Shown here: positions 11,781 through 20,459 of the stretch, piece after piece
How positions within the stretch are numbered: the stretch's first letter is position 1
How the letters are laid out: every line of letters starts with the position of its first letter
From: Chiloscyllium plagiosum
Taxonomy: Eukaryota
DNA length: 37,472 nucleotides
Reading direction: 5' to 3'
Assembly: GCF_004010195.1 (NCBI RefSeq)
Contig: NC_057758.1
Coordinates: 9,782,352-9,819,823, forward strand
Program-made: the position numbers and the translations under genes
Notes under the pieces: generated by a model
Database searches by the model: none
The model's input: only the letters and a program-made list of their open reading frames with translations
Told to the model about the DNA's origin: nothing

Positions 11781-12570
11781 TAAGGAGACAAGTATGCAAC
11801 GACTCTGAAGGTATTGCTCTTTAGACAGATCATAATCCTTTGTTCACATTGTTCATTCCAGACATAAAACAAGAATTTTAAAATGTTTATTTGGATTTCA
11901 ATATTACTAACACACGAACCAAACGATATTATCACAAATAAGAAGGACAAAGACTTGATGGGAATTGTCAAAAACTAGCACGAATGACACCAAATACTGT
12001 GTTCAAAATGAACTTACGTGGTCTATATTTATCAGTGTGTGTGTGTTCAATTTAAGCACATAAATGCGGGTAATAAAACATTGAATAGTCATAATAAAAT
12101 GATAAATAAAAGATGAAATAGTCTCTCAGAATACGTTTATTTTCCCTTATTTGGAAGATGTGATCAAAACTGCACACATAATATCTTGAGATTTGTGTTT
12201 GAAAATAGATTCGTGGTGCTAGCTGTCTGAAGGTAATATTATTCTCAGAAAAGGAGAAAACCATTTGAGTCAATTTACTGAGGCATTTATTCTATAAGTA
12301 TATGGTACATCAATCAAATATTTGACAGAATCTTGGTGTCAATGGGTAAATGTTTAGTCTATTAAACTTCAAATAGGCCAGAAAGCTTTGCATTTAATAC
12401 TCTCTTCAGAACAGAAAATTGAAGGTATCAGTATAGAAGAACTAGGATGTTCAGCCCAGAAAAGAAAATGAGTTCTCCTAACGGCTGGATCCTGTTTTAA
12501 TTTAGGAGAACCAGCCAATGTAGCCAAAATGCTTTCGCTGTTGGAGACTATACTCAAATAGAAAATTTAC

Positions 12571-12886
12571 TTTATTCATTCACGTGATGAGGGCGTCGCT
12601 GGCTAGGCAGTATTTATTGGCCATAGGGCAGGTAATAGTTAACCACATTGCTGTGGGTTTGGAGTAGCCTGTCGGCTGGATCACTAACTTCCTTCCCTGA
12701 AGGACATTAGTGATCCAAATGGGTTTTTCTGACAATTGGTTCATCATTAGACTCTTAATTCCAGCTTTTTATTTAATTCAAATTCTACTGCATGCCATGG
12801 CGGGATTCGAGCCCAGATCCCTTGAACATTACTTGGGTTTCTAGATTAACAACCCAGCAATAATACCACTGGGACATCGCTTCCCC
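12571..12886 (-). mobile_element. tRNA-derived SacSINE1/DeuSINE-type SINE
   Basis: Minus strand: GGGGAAGCGATGTCCCAGTGGTA (box A), GGCTCGAATCCC (box B), then CACTAATGTCCTTCAGGGAAGGAA and CCCACAGCAATGTGGTT. The 3' end is AATAAATACTGCCTAGCCAGCGACGCCCTCATCACGTGAATGAATAAA. Confidence 0.8.
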
Positions 12887-13479
12887 GATTTGTACATATC
12901 AAATTAGACTGTGCATGTGGTACATATCTATGTATCAGTGTGCAGCTGAGCAGCTCGAACATTTCAGTTTTTGACAGGACATCTGGACTAGTTGGCAATT
13001 CAACGTCACAATAATATTTCACGTTCCAGGCAACAACTAAAACTGGACTGGCTGGAGGCAGTCAATTCTCAATAGACAAGATAGAGTATGGTTTGATTTA
13101 GTACCCAAATGAGATTATCGAAATAAGAGGGCTGGATATGATGGGCTGTTGGCAGTCGATCTTTGATCACCATTGTCTTTGATGAGGGATATATTCAGTT
13201 GCAAAAAGATAACTGTTTCAAGGTAGAATGAAATGTAAATCAAGGTAAGACACAGGATAACCACAGGTTCATTTATGCACTCACATTAGGCTTTTCATTT
13301 CAATCTTCAAACTAGAGAGACTCAAGCTGGAGTTAGCTGGTGGTAAGGATTTCTCATATTTTGTCTAATGCAAAAATACGGATGTTTTAAAAAATATAAA
13401 TGCCTTTATTAATTAGGTTTTGACTTGGATAACCTTCGTTTATTTATGTCAGTTCTTATATCCATCTTTTCTTTTACAG

Positions 13480-14369
13480 TTAATTTATTAGCGATCCTGA
13501 TTCTGTCTGAGGGAGAATGCCGACTCTCTAAACACACTACTCACTATCTGGTGGCCATGGCTTTGGCGGATCTGATGGTCATTATCACTGAGGTCATATT
13601 GGTCCAGATCAATTACTATTTCTTCCCGTTGTGTTTCCTGGACCTCACTCCTGTCTGTAGCATACGCTACGTTCTAACGTTTACAGCCAGAGACTGCTCA
13701 GTCTGGTTCACCGTAATATTTACCTTTGATAGATTTGTAATGATTTGTTGTGCGAATCTGAAAATTAAATATTGCACTGTAAGAACTGCAGATGTTGTTC
13801 TGGCTACAACAGGCATTCTGTTTTGCCTAAAAAACATTCCTTTCTATTTTATACAAGAACCTGTTGAAATAATTGATGAGGTGCCGTGGTACTGTACTTA
13901 TAAAGATAGCTATCATTCAGACATTGGATGGGTTGCATTTGACTGGCTTGATACTTTCTTAACACCATTGGTCCCATTCGCATGTATTATATTTTTCAAT
14001 GCTCTGACAGTCAAACATATTTTAGCCACCAGTCGTGTCCGGAGGGACCTGACGCGTCAAATCAAAAGAGCAAATCACTCTGACCCAGAAATGGAGAGCA
14101 GAAAGAAGTCTGTGATTTTGCTCTTCACCATATCAGGCAGCTTCATACTTCTATGGCTGACATATGTTTTACTTTTATTTGATGCCACGTATTACTTTGA
14201 TTATGATTCCTTTTACATATTTCAGCAAGTTGGATTCATGCTTTCTAATGCAAGTTGTTGCACAAACACATTTATATATGTCATAACTCAGTCTAAGTTC
14301 AGAAATCGAATCAAAACTGTCATGAAATATTTAGTTAGACCAATTATTAAATTAACTGATACAAACTGA
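13480..14369 (+). CDS. Class A (rhodopsin-like) GPCR, GPR139/GPR142-like; main coding exon from mid-TM1 to the stop codon
   Basis: Uninterrupted frame with 7TM motifs: N1.50 (VNLLAILIL), YLVAMALADL (TM2), PVCS...DCSVWFTVIFTFDRF (TM3, DRF), ECL2 WYC, TPLVPFACIIFFN (TM5), FTISGSFILLW (TM6) and CCTNTFIY (TM7). It is preceded by a polypyrimidine acceptor ttttcttttacag (AG 13478-13479). An in-frame ATG also lies at 13446. TGA at 14367-14369. Confidence 0.9.
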
Positions 14370-15149
14370 CTGACAACATACAAAGATATATCTGGGATAG
14401 GAGAACAGGTTATCAATGCACAGTCAGAAGAGCAGGGCATGAAGGAGCTGTGACCATGAGCAAGAGTCAGGTTTTACTTCACAAAAATTGTCAGTGAACT
14501 CGTGCATTCAAATCAGAATCATTCAAATACGAAAAAAAATCGGGGGTCGTACTGCAGACATCGATTTTGATCCAGGAATCATGCAATGTCTTGCAATTCG
14601 GGCTGTTTTTGAGGCAGTATTGAATCAATGTACCGTATTTCTTTTCAATATCATGTTTTCTACATTTGTAGCCAACATGAGAACAACAGGTTCAATAACA
14701 TCCTGAAAGAAAGGCCTCTTGTGGCACAGTCAGCATGTTCCATCCCTTGAGCTTTAACCACACCTTGAAGGAAGTTGACTGATGATAGGAAGAGGAATAA
14801 CATGGAGAAAGGGGAAGAGATGAGTAGAGTGGAGATTAGACAGAGGAGAAGAGTTGACTCGGGTTCCTGTTTTGGTGCTGGAGCTGCTACCTAAGCCTTG
14901 CGACTATGCGCTGGAGCTGCAAACTTGACTCCACCATCCTCACAGACTGTTGCTAGTCTTGCTGCCTTTGGCCTTCCAGGACTGTCGTCGGATCTTCTGT
15001 CAAAGTCTCCTGCTGTTACTGTCAGGGCTTTCTGGAACTGTTGCTGTTACAGCTAGTAGCCAGTTATAGGATGGGACCTCCTACCCTCCTTAATGAGACA
15101 ACTATTTTTATATTAAAAATATAGCGACCTGTACATCACAGTTCCTTAT

Positions 15150-15445
15150 CGCAGAGCCTAGCTAGATCTATGTCTGTATAATTGATGCTGCTGCTTCTGC
15201 TTTAGTGCTGGCTGTGGCAGCAAAACAGTTCAGGCTCCTCACAAATTGTCTGGCGGTTAACAATTATGCCAAATCGGACATGACCACAGAAGCATGACAC
15301 AAATGTGATGGATACTGTTGTTGATTACCAACCACCTTACCTGCCTCCAAGATGTCCAGGAATGCTGCATTTGTCCTGAAGATTGATTGAATGGTAGCCT
15401 GACTGTGGAGAGGGGCAGTGTCTTCTTGCCTGTAGATCCTTAGAT
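15150..15445 (-). mobile_element. Possible decayed Harbinger/PIF transposase N-terminal relic
   Basis: Minus-strand fragments across frames, ARRHCP, FLDILE, HHICVMLL and FVRSLNCFAA, resemble the order of HARBI1-like N-terminal motifs (RR.YP, SFLD.SE, HLC.LL, V..ALNFYA). Confidence 0.35.
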
Positions 15446-15690
15446 GTTACGGCACAGAGAATTGTTATCTCCAAACCTTCTACTCCCTGTGTTTGTGAGC
15501 TCGTCCTTTCACAGTTACAGCAGCTGGGAGAGTTGAGGATGGGAATTTCACACATCCAGCTCGATCTTAAGAAGAATAGACTCCTATCTACATGGTAAAA
15601 AACAAGGACTGCAGATGCTGGAAACCAGAGTCTAGATTAGAGTGGTGCTGGAAAAGCACAGCAGGTCAGGCAGCATCCGAGGAGCAGGAA

Positions 15691-15726
15691 AATCGACGTT
15701 TCGGGCAAAAGCCCTTCATCAGGAAT
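15691..15726 (-). ncRNA. Minimal type I hammerhead ribozyme motif with an intact core
   Basis: Minus strand AUUC-CUGAUGA-aGGGC-UUUU-GCCC-GAAA-CG-UC|GAUU: conserved CUGANGA and GAAA, a 4-bp stem II, a palindromic ACGU stem III and a GUC triplet (15697-15695). Confidence 0.75.
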
Positions 15727-15778
15727 AGAGGCAGGGTGCCTGCAGGGTGGAGAGATAAATGAGGGGGGGGTGGGGGTG

Positions 15779-16198
15779 NNNNNNNNNNNNNNNNNNNNNN
15801 NNNNNNNNNNNNNNNNNNNNNNNNNNNNNNNNNNNNNNNNNNNNNNNNNNNNNNNNNNNNNNNNNNNNNNNNNNNNNNNNNNNNNNNNNNNNNNNNNNNN
15901 NNNNNNNNNNNNNNNNNNNNNNNNNNNNNNNNNNNNNNNNNNNNNNNNNNNNNNNNNNNNNNNNNNNNNNNNNNNNNNNNNNNNNNNNNNNNNNNNNNNN
16001 NNNNNNNNNNNNNNNNNNNNNNNNNNNNNNNNNNNNNNNNNNNNNNNNNNNNNNNNNNNNNNNNNNNNNNNNNNNNNNNNNNNNNNNNNNNNNNNNNNNN
16101 NNNNNNNNNNNNNNNNNNNNNNNNNNNNNNNNNNNNNNNNNNNNNNNNNNNNNNNNNNNNNNNNNNNNNNNNNNNNNNNNNNNNNNNNNNNNNNNNNN
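15779..16198. other. Assembly gap (N run)
   Basis: 420 Ns. Confidence 1.
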
Positions 16199-16378
16199 CT
16201 CCAACTCGGCACCGCCCTCTTGACCTCTCCATCGTCCTTCCCACCTATTTACTCCACCCTCCTCTCTGACCTATCACCTCCATCCTCACCCCCATTCACC
16301 TATTTTACTCTATGCCACTTTCTCCCCACTCCCACCCCGCCCTCATTTATCTCTCCATTCTGCAGGCACCCTGCCTCT

Positions 16379-16414
16379 ATTCCTGATGAAGGGCTTTTGC
16401 CCGAAAAGTCAATT
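16379..16414 (+). ncRNA. Minimal hammerhead motif with the stem III palindrome mutated
   Basis: AUUC-CUGAUGA(16383-16389)-aGGGCUUUUGCCC-GAAA-AG-UC-AAUU. Confidence 0.6.
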
Positions 16415-17399
16415 TTCCTGCTCCTCGTATGCTGCCTGTCCTGCTGTGCTTTTCCAGCACCATTCTAATCTAGACTCCTACCTACATGTCTGCGCCTTCT
16501 GGCACCAGGTTAATAGCTACATGATGCAGGTGTAGGTAACCGAAAGAATAGTTACTGTGCTCCATGAGGGGGTGGCCAACTGTGCTTTCTCAACAGCAAA
16601 TGGGGTGCAGCAAATGAGGTGGGGCACGTCAGGAATAATTGCCCCACATTGAAGTGCGCCAAAGATAATCGGCAGCCACTCGTGGCATTGGCGTTCCCTT
16701 TGCCCCAAAGGTAGCCCTCAGAGACCCTCAAATGGGGACAAACCAGAGGTCGCCCTTACCGCAGCCATTGTGGGAAAGAGAGATGGGTATCCAGCTGGAA
16801 GATGCAGAGGAAGACCAGACACTTTTCAGATGTCCTCTCGATGCATTCCCTTCTACTGTAAAAGTTTGCTTTGAGCTCAGGATTGGAACTCTGATATCGG
16901 CTTGCTCAACCCTCGTGTGAAAATATCCTTGTGGCCGTGCCAGCATTGCCCTGGCAGCCTTCAGAATGCTGAACCTGAACCCCGCCCTGGTACGTTGAGC
17001 ATGATAACCATGTTCCCTGTTCTCCTCAGTCCCAGTCCTGCACAGAATCCCCAACACTTTACATCCAACTCGGGCCTGTTTGCAAGCACAGGAGTCTTGA
17101 CCCTGTAATCATCCTGATCCGTCCCTTCGTCAGCTAATTGTAGGATTTGGGGCTAAACCGAACATGACTGGGTTGGAAGTAATGTTTAAAATCTTCCCCA
17201 TCATGCCCACGTGGCAGACATTCCCTTCCGCACTCACCCACCAGCCAATCTTGTTTTTTGCAGCAGTTCAGAGTAGTGTGCAGTAACCCTGAGAACCCTG
17301 TGGCATGTCATGGGCGAAAGCAGGCCATCGCCATGACCAGCAAGACATGATGCTGCTTGCATGAGGTGGATTTATCGGCTACCTGTGGGTAGGACTGCA

Positions 17400-17665
17400 C
17401 CTCCCCCAGCAGGGAGAGAGTGGGAACTTGTTCACTCAGATACCGTGGGCCATCACATACTACTGTATAAGTGGCTATGGGGTGGGGGACAGGGACTGTC
17501 ACAAATCCCGTGCAGGACTTAGACTTTGCAAAAGACATCTGGTGAAAGGTACAGTGGTTTTTGTCAATATTGTCATGAGCAGTTCCGTGATACAACTGTG
17601 CTCTCTGGATTGTTCCCAGCACACAAACCGTAAGAAACATCGACTGCACCTGGAGAATCTCCAGG
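17400..17665 (+). mobile_element. Tx1/L1-clade LINE ORF2 C-terminal (zf-RVT region) relic
   Basis: Peptides across frames: DFAKDIW*KVQWFLS, SSSVIQ, VLSGLFP and NIDCTWRI. Confidence 0.55.
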
Positions 17666-17671
17666 GCATCT

Positions 17672-18445
17672 CGGGACTTCCTAAGGGTAGCGTCCGAGGC
17701 CCAACTGTCTTCAGCTGCTTCATCAATGACCTTCCCTATATCATAAAGTCCAAAGTAGGGATGTTCACCAATGATTGTACAATGTTTAGCACCATTCGTG
17801 ACTCCTCAGAAACTGAAGAAGTTAGTGTCCCAATGCAACAAGATGGACAATACCAAGGTTAAGGCTGTCAAGTGGCAAGTAACATTCGTGTCACACAAAT
17901 GTCAGGCCATGACCACCAGCATAAAGAGACAAACTAACCATGGCATTTTTGACATTCAATCGTGTTACCATCACTCGACCCCGCAGTATCGACATCCTGT
18001 GAGTTATCATTGATCAGAAACTCAACTGGACTTACTGTAAAAATGCAATGGCTACAAGAGCATGTCAGAAACTCGGAAAACTGCAGCGAGTAACTCACCT
18101 CCTGATTCCCAAAATCATGTCCACCTACTATAAGGCATAATGAAGACTGAGATGGAATACTTCCCAATTGTCTGGATGACTGTAGCCCCAACAACTGTCA
18201 ATATTCTTGACTGCATCCAGGACAAAGCAGACCACTTGATTATCACAGCATCCCTAAGCACCCACTCCCTCCATCACCGACGCTCAGCAGCAGCAGAGTG
18301 CACTATCTAAAAGAAGCATTGCAGAAATCACAAACGATCTTCAGACAACACCTTCCAAGCCCACAAGTGCTTTCATCTGGAAGGACAAGGGCAGCAAATA
18401 TTGTAGAGTGCCACCTCCTTCAAGTTCCCCTCTAAACCACTCAGA
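17672..18445 (+). mobile_element. RT 3' half of a CR1/L2-clade LINE, likely the same family as 9965-11780
   Basis: GLPKGSVRGPTVFSCFINDLPYIIKSKVGMFTNDCTMF, a degenerate [10 protein letters not shown]...FADD motif. Confidence 0.8.
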
Positions 18446-18819
18446 ACTTAAATGTGGAGCCGTTCACCTATTGGATCCTCCCGGTGACTCAAATACATAT
18501 AAATAGTTTTCAAAAAGTGAGAGATGCCTTTGCTTGATTTATTGGAATAGTGGCAAACTCTAACAATTGTTCAAAAACCCAAACAACTGGGGACAAATCG
18601 GACTGTGGGTAACGTAAATGTCATTGGGTCATCAGGTAGTGAAGAGGGTAAGGCGTTTCCTCACGCCTCTCTCCCGCCCAAACAGCTCTACCGTGCATGC
18701 GATCTTGGTCCTTGGGGAGAGAACTGGTGTAGGGAGAGAGGACTGCGTCTCTGCCACATGAACACCCACAGCCAGAGCATCCCCTTGGGAGCCCACCGAG
18801 GAAACACCTGGTGCTGACG

Positions 18820-19515
18820 CTGTGGAGCAGTGTCCCTGGAGGGCGTTGGGCTGTGGAGACAGTGACCTTGGTGCCAGTGTCATTCAGGGGGCTGTGATCC
18901 TGGGGCCGGTGTCGCTGGGAGGCTATGAATTTGGGGATGATGTTGCTGAGGCGAGTGTCACTGAGGACAGTGTTGCTGAAGGAAGTTTCACTGAGTTAGT
19001 GGGAGGTGGTGACCTTGAGGATGGCGTTGTTGGGAGGTTTGACTGAGGGTGCTGTCATTAGTTTGGTGTCTCTGAGGGTAGTGTCACTGACGGTGATGCT
19101 GTTGGGAGATGATGACTGTGGGGATTATATCACTGGGGGCAAGCTAACTGGGACGTGTGTTATTTGGAGAATAGTGTCATCTTGGGTGGTGTTGCTGAAG
19201 GTGGTGGGACTTGGGGAGCAGAGTCCCTGGGAAGCGGTGTCACTGGGGTTGGTGCAGCTGGTGTTGGTGCCTCTGCGGGTAATGGCACTTGGGATGGTGA
19301 GTTTGCAGGTGGTTTCAATGGAAGGCAGTGACGTTTTGGGTTGTGCCACTGAAAGGTGCTGGCGTCACTAGTTTTGCGGGGTGGGGGGGTGAGGTGGTTC
19401 GGAGGCGTCGTATCACGGGGTGTGGTGGAGCTTTGGCTACTGTCACAGGGAGATGGTGACCCTGTGAGTCGTCTCGCTGTGCAGCGGTAATGTTAGGGGT
19501 TGTGTTGCTGGGGAA
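18820..19515 (+). repeat. Degenerate 15-bp tandem repeat (consensus near ggYggtgtcactgRg)
   Basis: e.g. gatgatgttgctgag/gcgagtgtcactgag/gacagtgttgctgaa/ggaagtttcactgag from 18936. Confidence 0.7.
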
Positions 19516-19796
19516 ATGAACTGGTTTGGTGAGGGAGGAGCCAGTGGCTGCTGACGACTGCCCAAAGGAGGATTCAGGCTTAGTGGTGGATGCTGGGGAA
19601 GAAGCAGTCTTTTCCCAGTAAGATTTTAGATTCCCTGGTTGCCCGACTGAGGATCCCCCTCATCGTCATTGATGATTTCTGGGATTTTCTAGGACAAATT
19701 CTCCTTCGTCATGACAGAGTCCAGTTGGCTATAGTCTGCTGGAACGATTTTTAACTGATCTTCTGATGCACCCAAGCCACTTTCTAAGTGTCTCCA

Positions 19797-19850
19797 TGAT
19801 TAGATTACATACTGTACAGTATGGAAACAGGCCCTTCGGCCCATCAAGTA
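19797..19850 (-). mobile_element. Short SINE/CR1 3'-tail insert
   Basis: gattagattac...cagtatggaaacaggcccttcggccca matches the SINE tail at 2465-2503. Confidence 0.65.
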
Positions 19851-19914
19851 ACTGGCAACTTTTCAGAAAGGTCCTCAGGTTACTTGTGATGAAGGAGAGG
19901 CATTTCTTTCCTCC

Positions 19915-20167
19915 ACACGGCATAGCTTTAAATTAAGGGGTGGTAGGTATAGGACAGATGTTAGGAGTAGGTTCTTTACTCAGCGAGTCGTGAGTTCATG
20001 GAATGCCCTGCCAGTAGCAGTGGTGGACTCTCCCTCTTTATGGGCATTTAAGCGGGCATTGGATAGGCATATGGAGGATAGTGGGCTAGTGTAGGTTAGG
20101 TGGGCTTGGATCGGCGCAACATCGAGGGCCGAAGGGCCTGTACTGCGCTGTATTCTTCTATGTTCTA
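19915..20167 (+). mobile_element. Short CR1 3'-end insertion
   Basis: ttctttactcagcgagtcgtgagttcatggaatgccctgcc...gagggccgaagggcctgtactgcgctgta...ctatgttcta. Confidence 0.9.
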
Positions 20168-20459
20168 TTACAATTTGATGATGGTGGCACTGTGCTTCTG
20201 ACATGAAGACTACCATCGCCAGTCTCAACGTCAATGGCAGCACGAAGTCACAACATACAGTCCAGAAGGTTTCAGTCCTCTAGGATAGGAATGGTGTAGT
20301 ATGTTTCCTGCAAGAAACCCATACCTCACCTACTTCATGGAGTTTCAAGAAAGGGTCTCCAAGAGGCACCTGACCAACAACGCCAGAGGGTTGCCATCGT
20401 GTTGACCCCACATTTTCAGCTGGACATCTTGAGGTCCTTGCTTTTCTTTACGTTAACGA

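Larger units (their letters stand above)
15595..16477. mobile_element. Penelope-like element insertion with inverted termini spanning a gap, flanked by an 18-bp TSD
   Basis: 15629-15778 is the reverse complement of ~16328-16477. TSD tagactccta[t/c]ctacatg at 15577-15594 and 16471-16488. Both arms carry CTGATGA-aGGGCttttGCCC-GAAA. Confidence 0.85.
18600..20440 (+). mobile_element. Decayed Tx1/L1-clade LINE: ORF1 C-terminal part and ORF2 endonuclease start, interrupted by CR1/SINE pieces
   Basis: ATG 20203 gives MKTTIASLNVNGS...VCFLQETHT...VAIVLTPHFQ (APE motifs LNVNG and LQETH). The upstream DDFWDFLGQILLRHDRVQLA (19670-19730) resembles the end of Tx1 ORF1. Confidence 0.65.

Noticed and set aside
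12290..12352. Candidate GPCR first exon (...IFDRILVSM then gtaaat donor)
   Set aside because: The phase would fit, but there is an upstream in-frame stop, no ATG ahead of the final codon, and no typical GxP before the TM1 Asn.
15637..16468. Long ORFs across N runs (also 29800-30675)
   Set aside because: These are artefacts of gap translation.
19125..19349. Mucin-like Thr/Ser/Pro ORF
   Set aside because: It is the antisense translation of the 15-bp repeat, with no splice or signal-peptide context.
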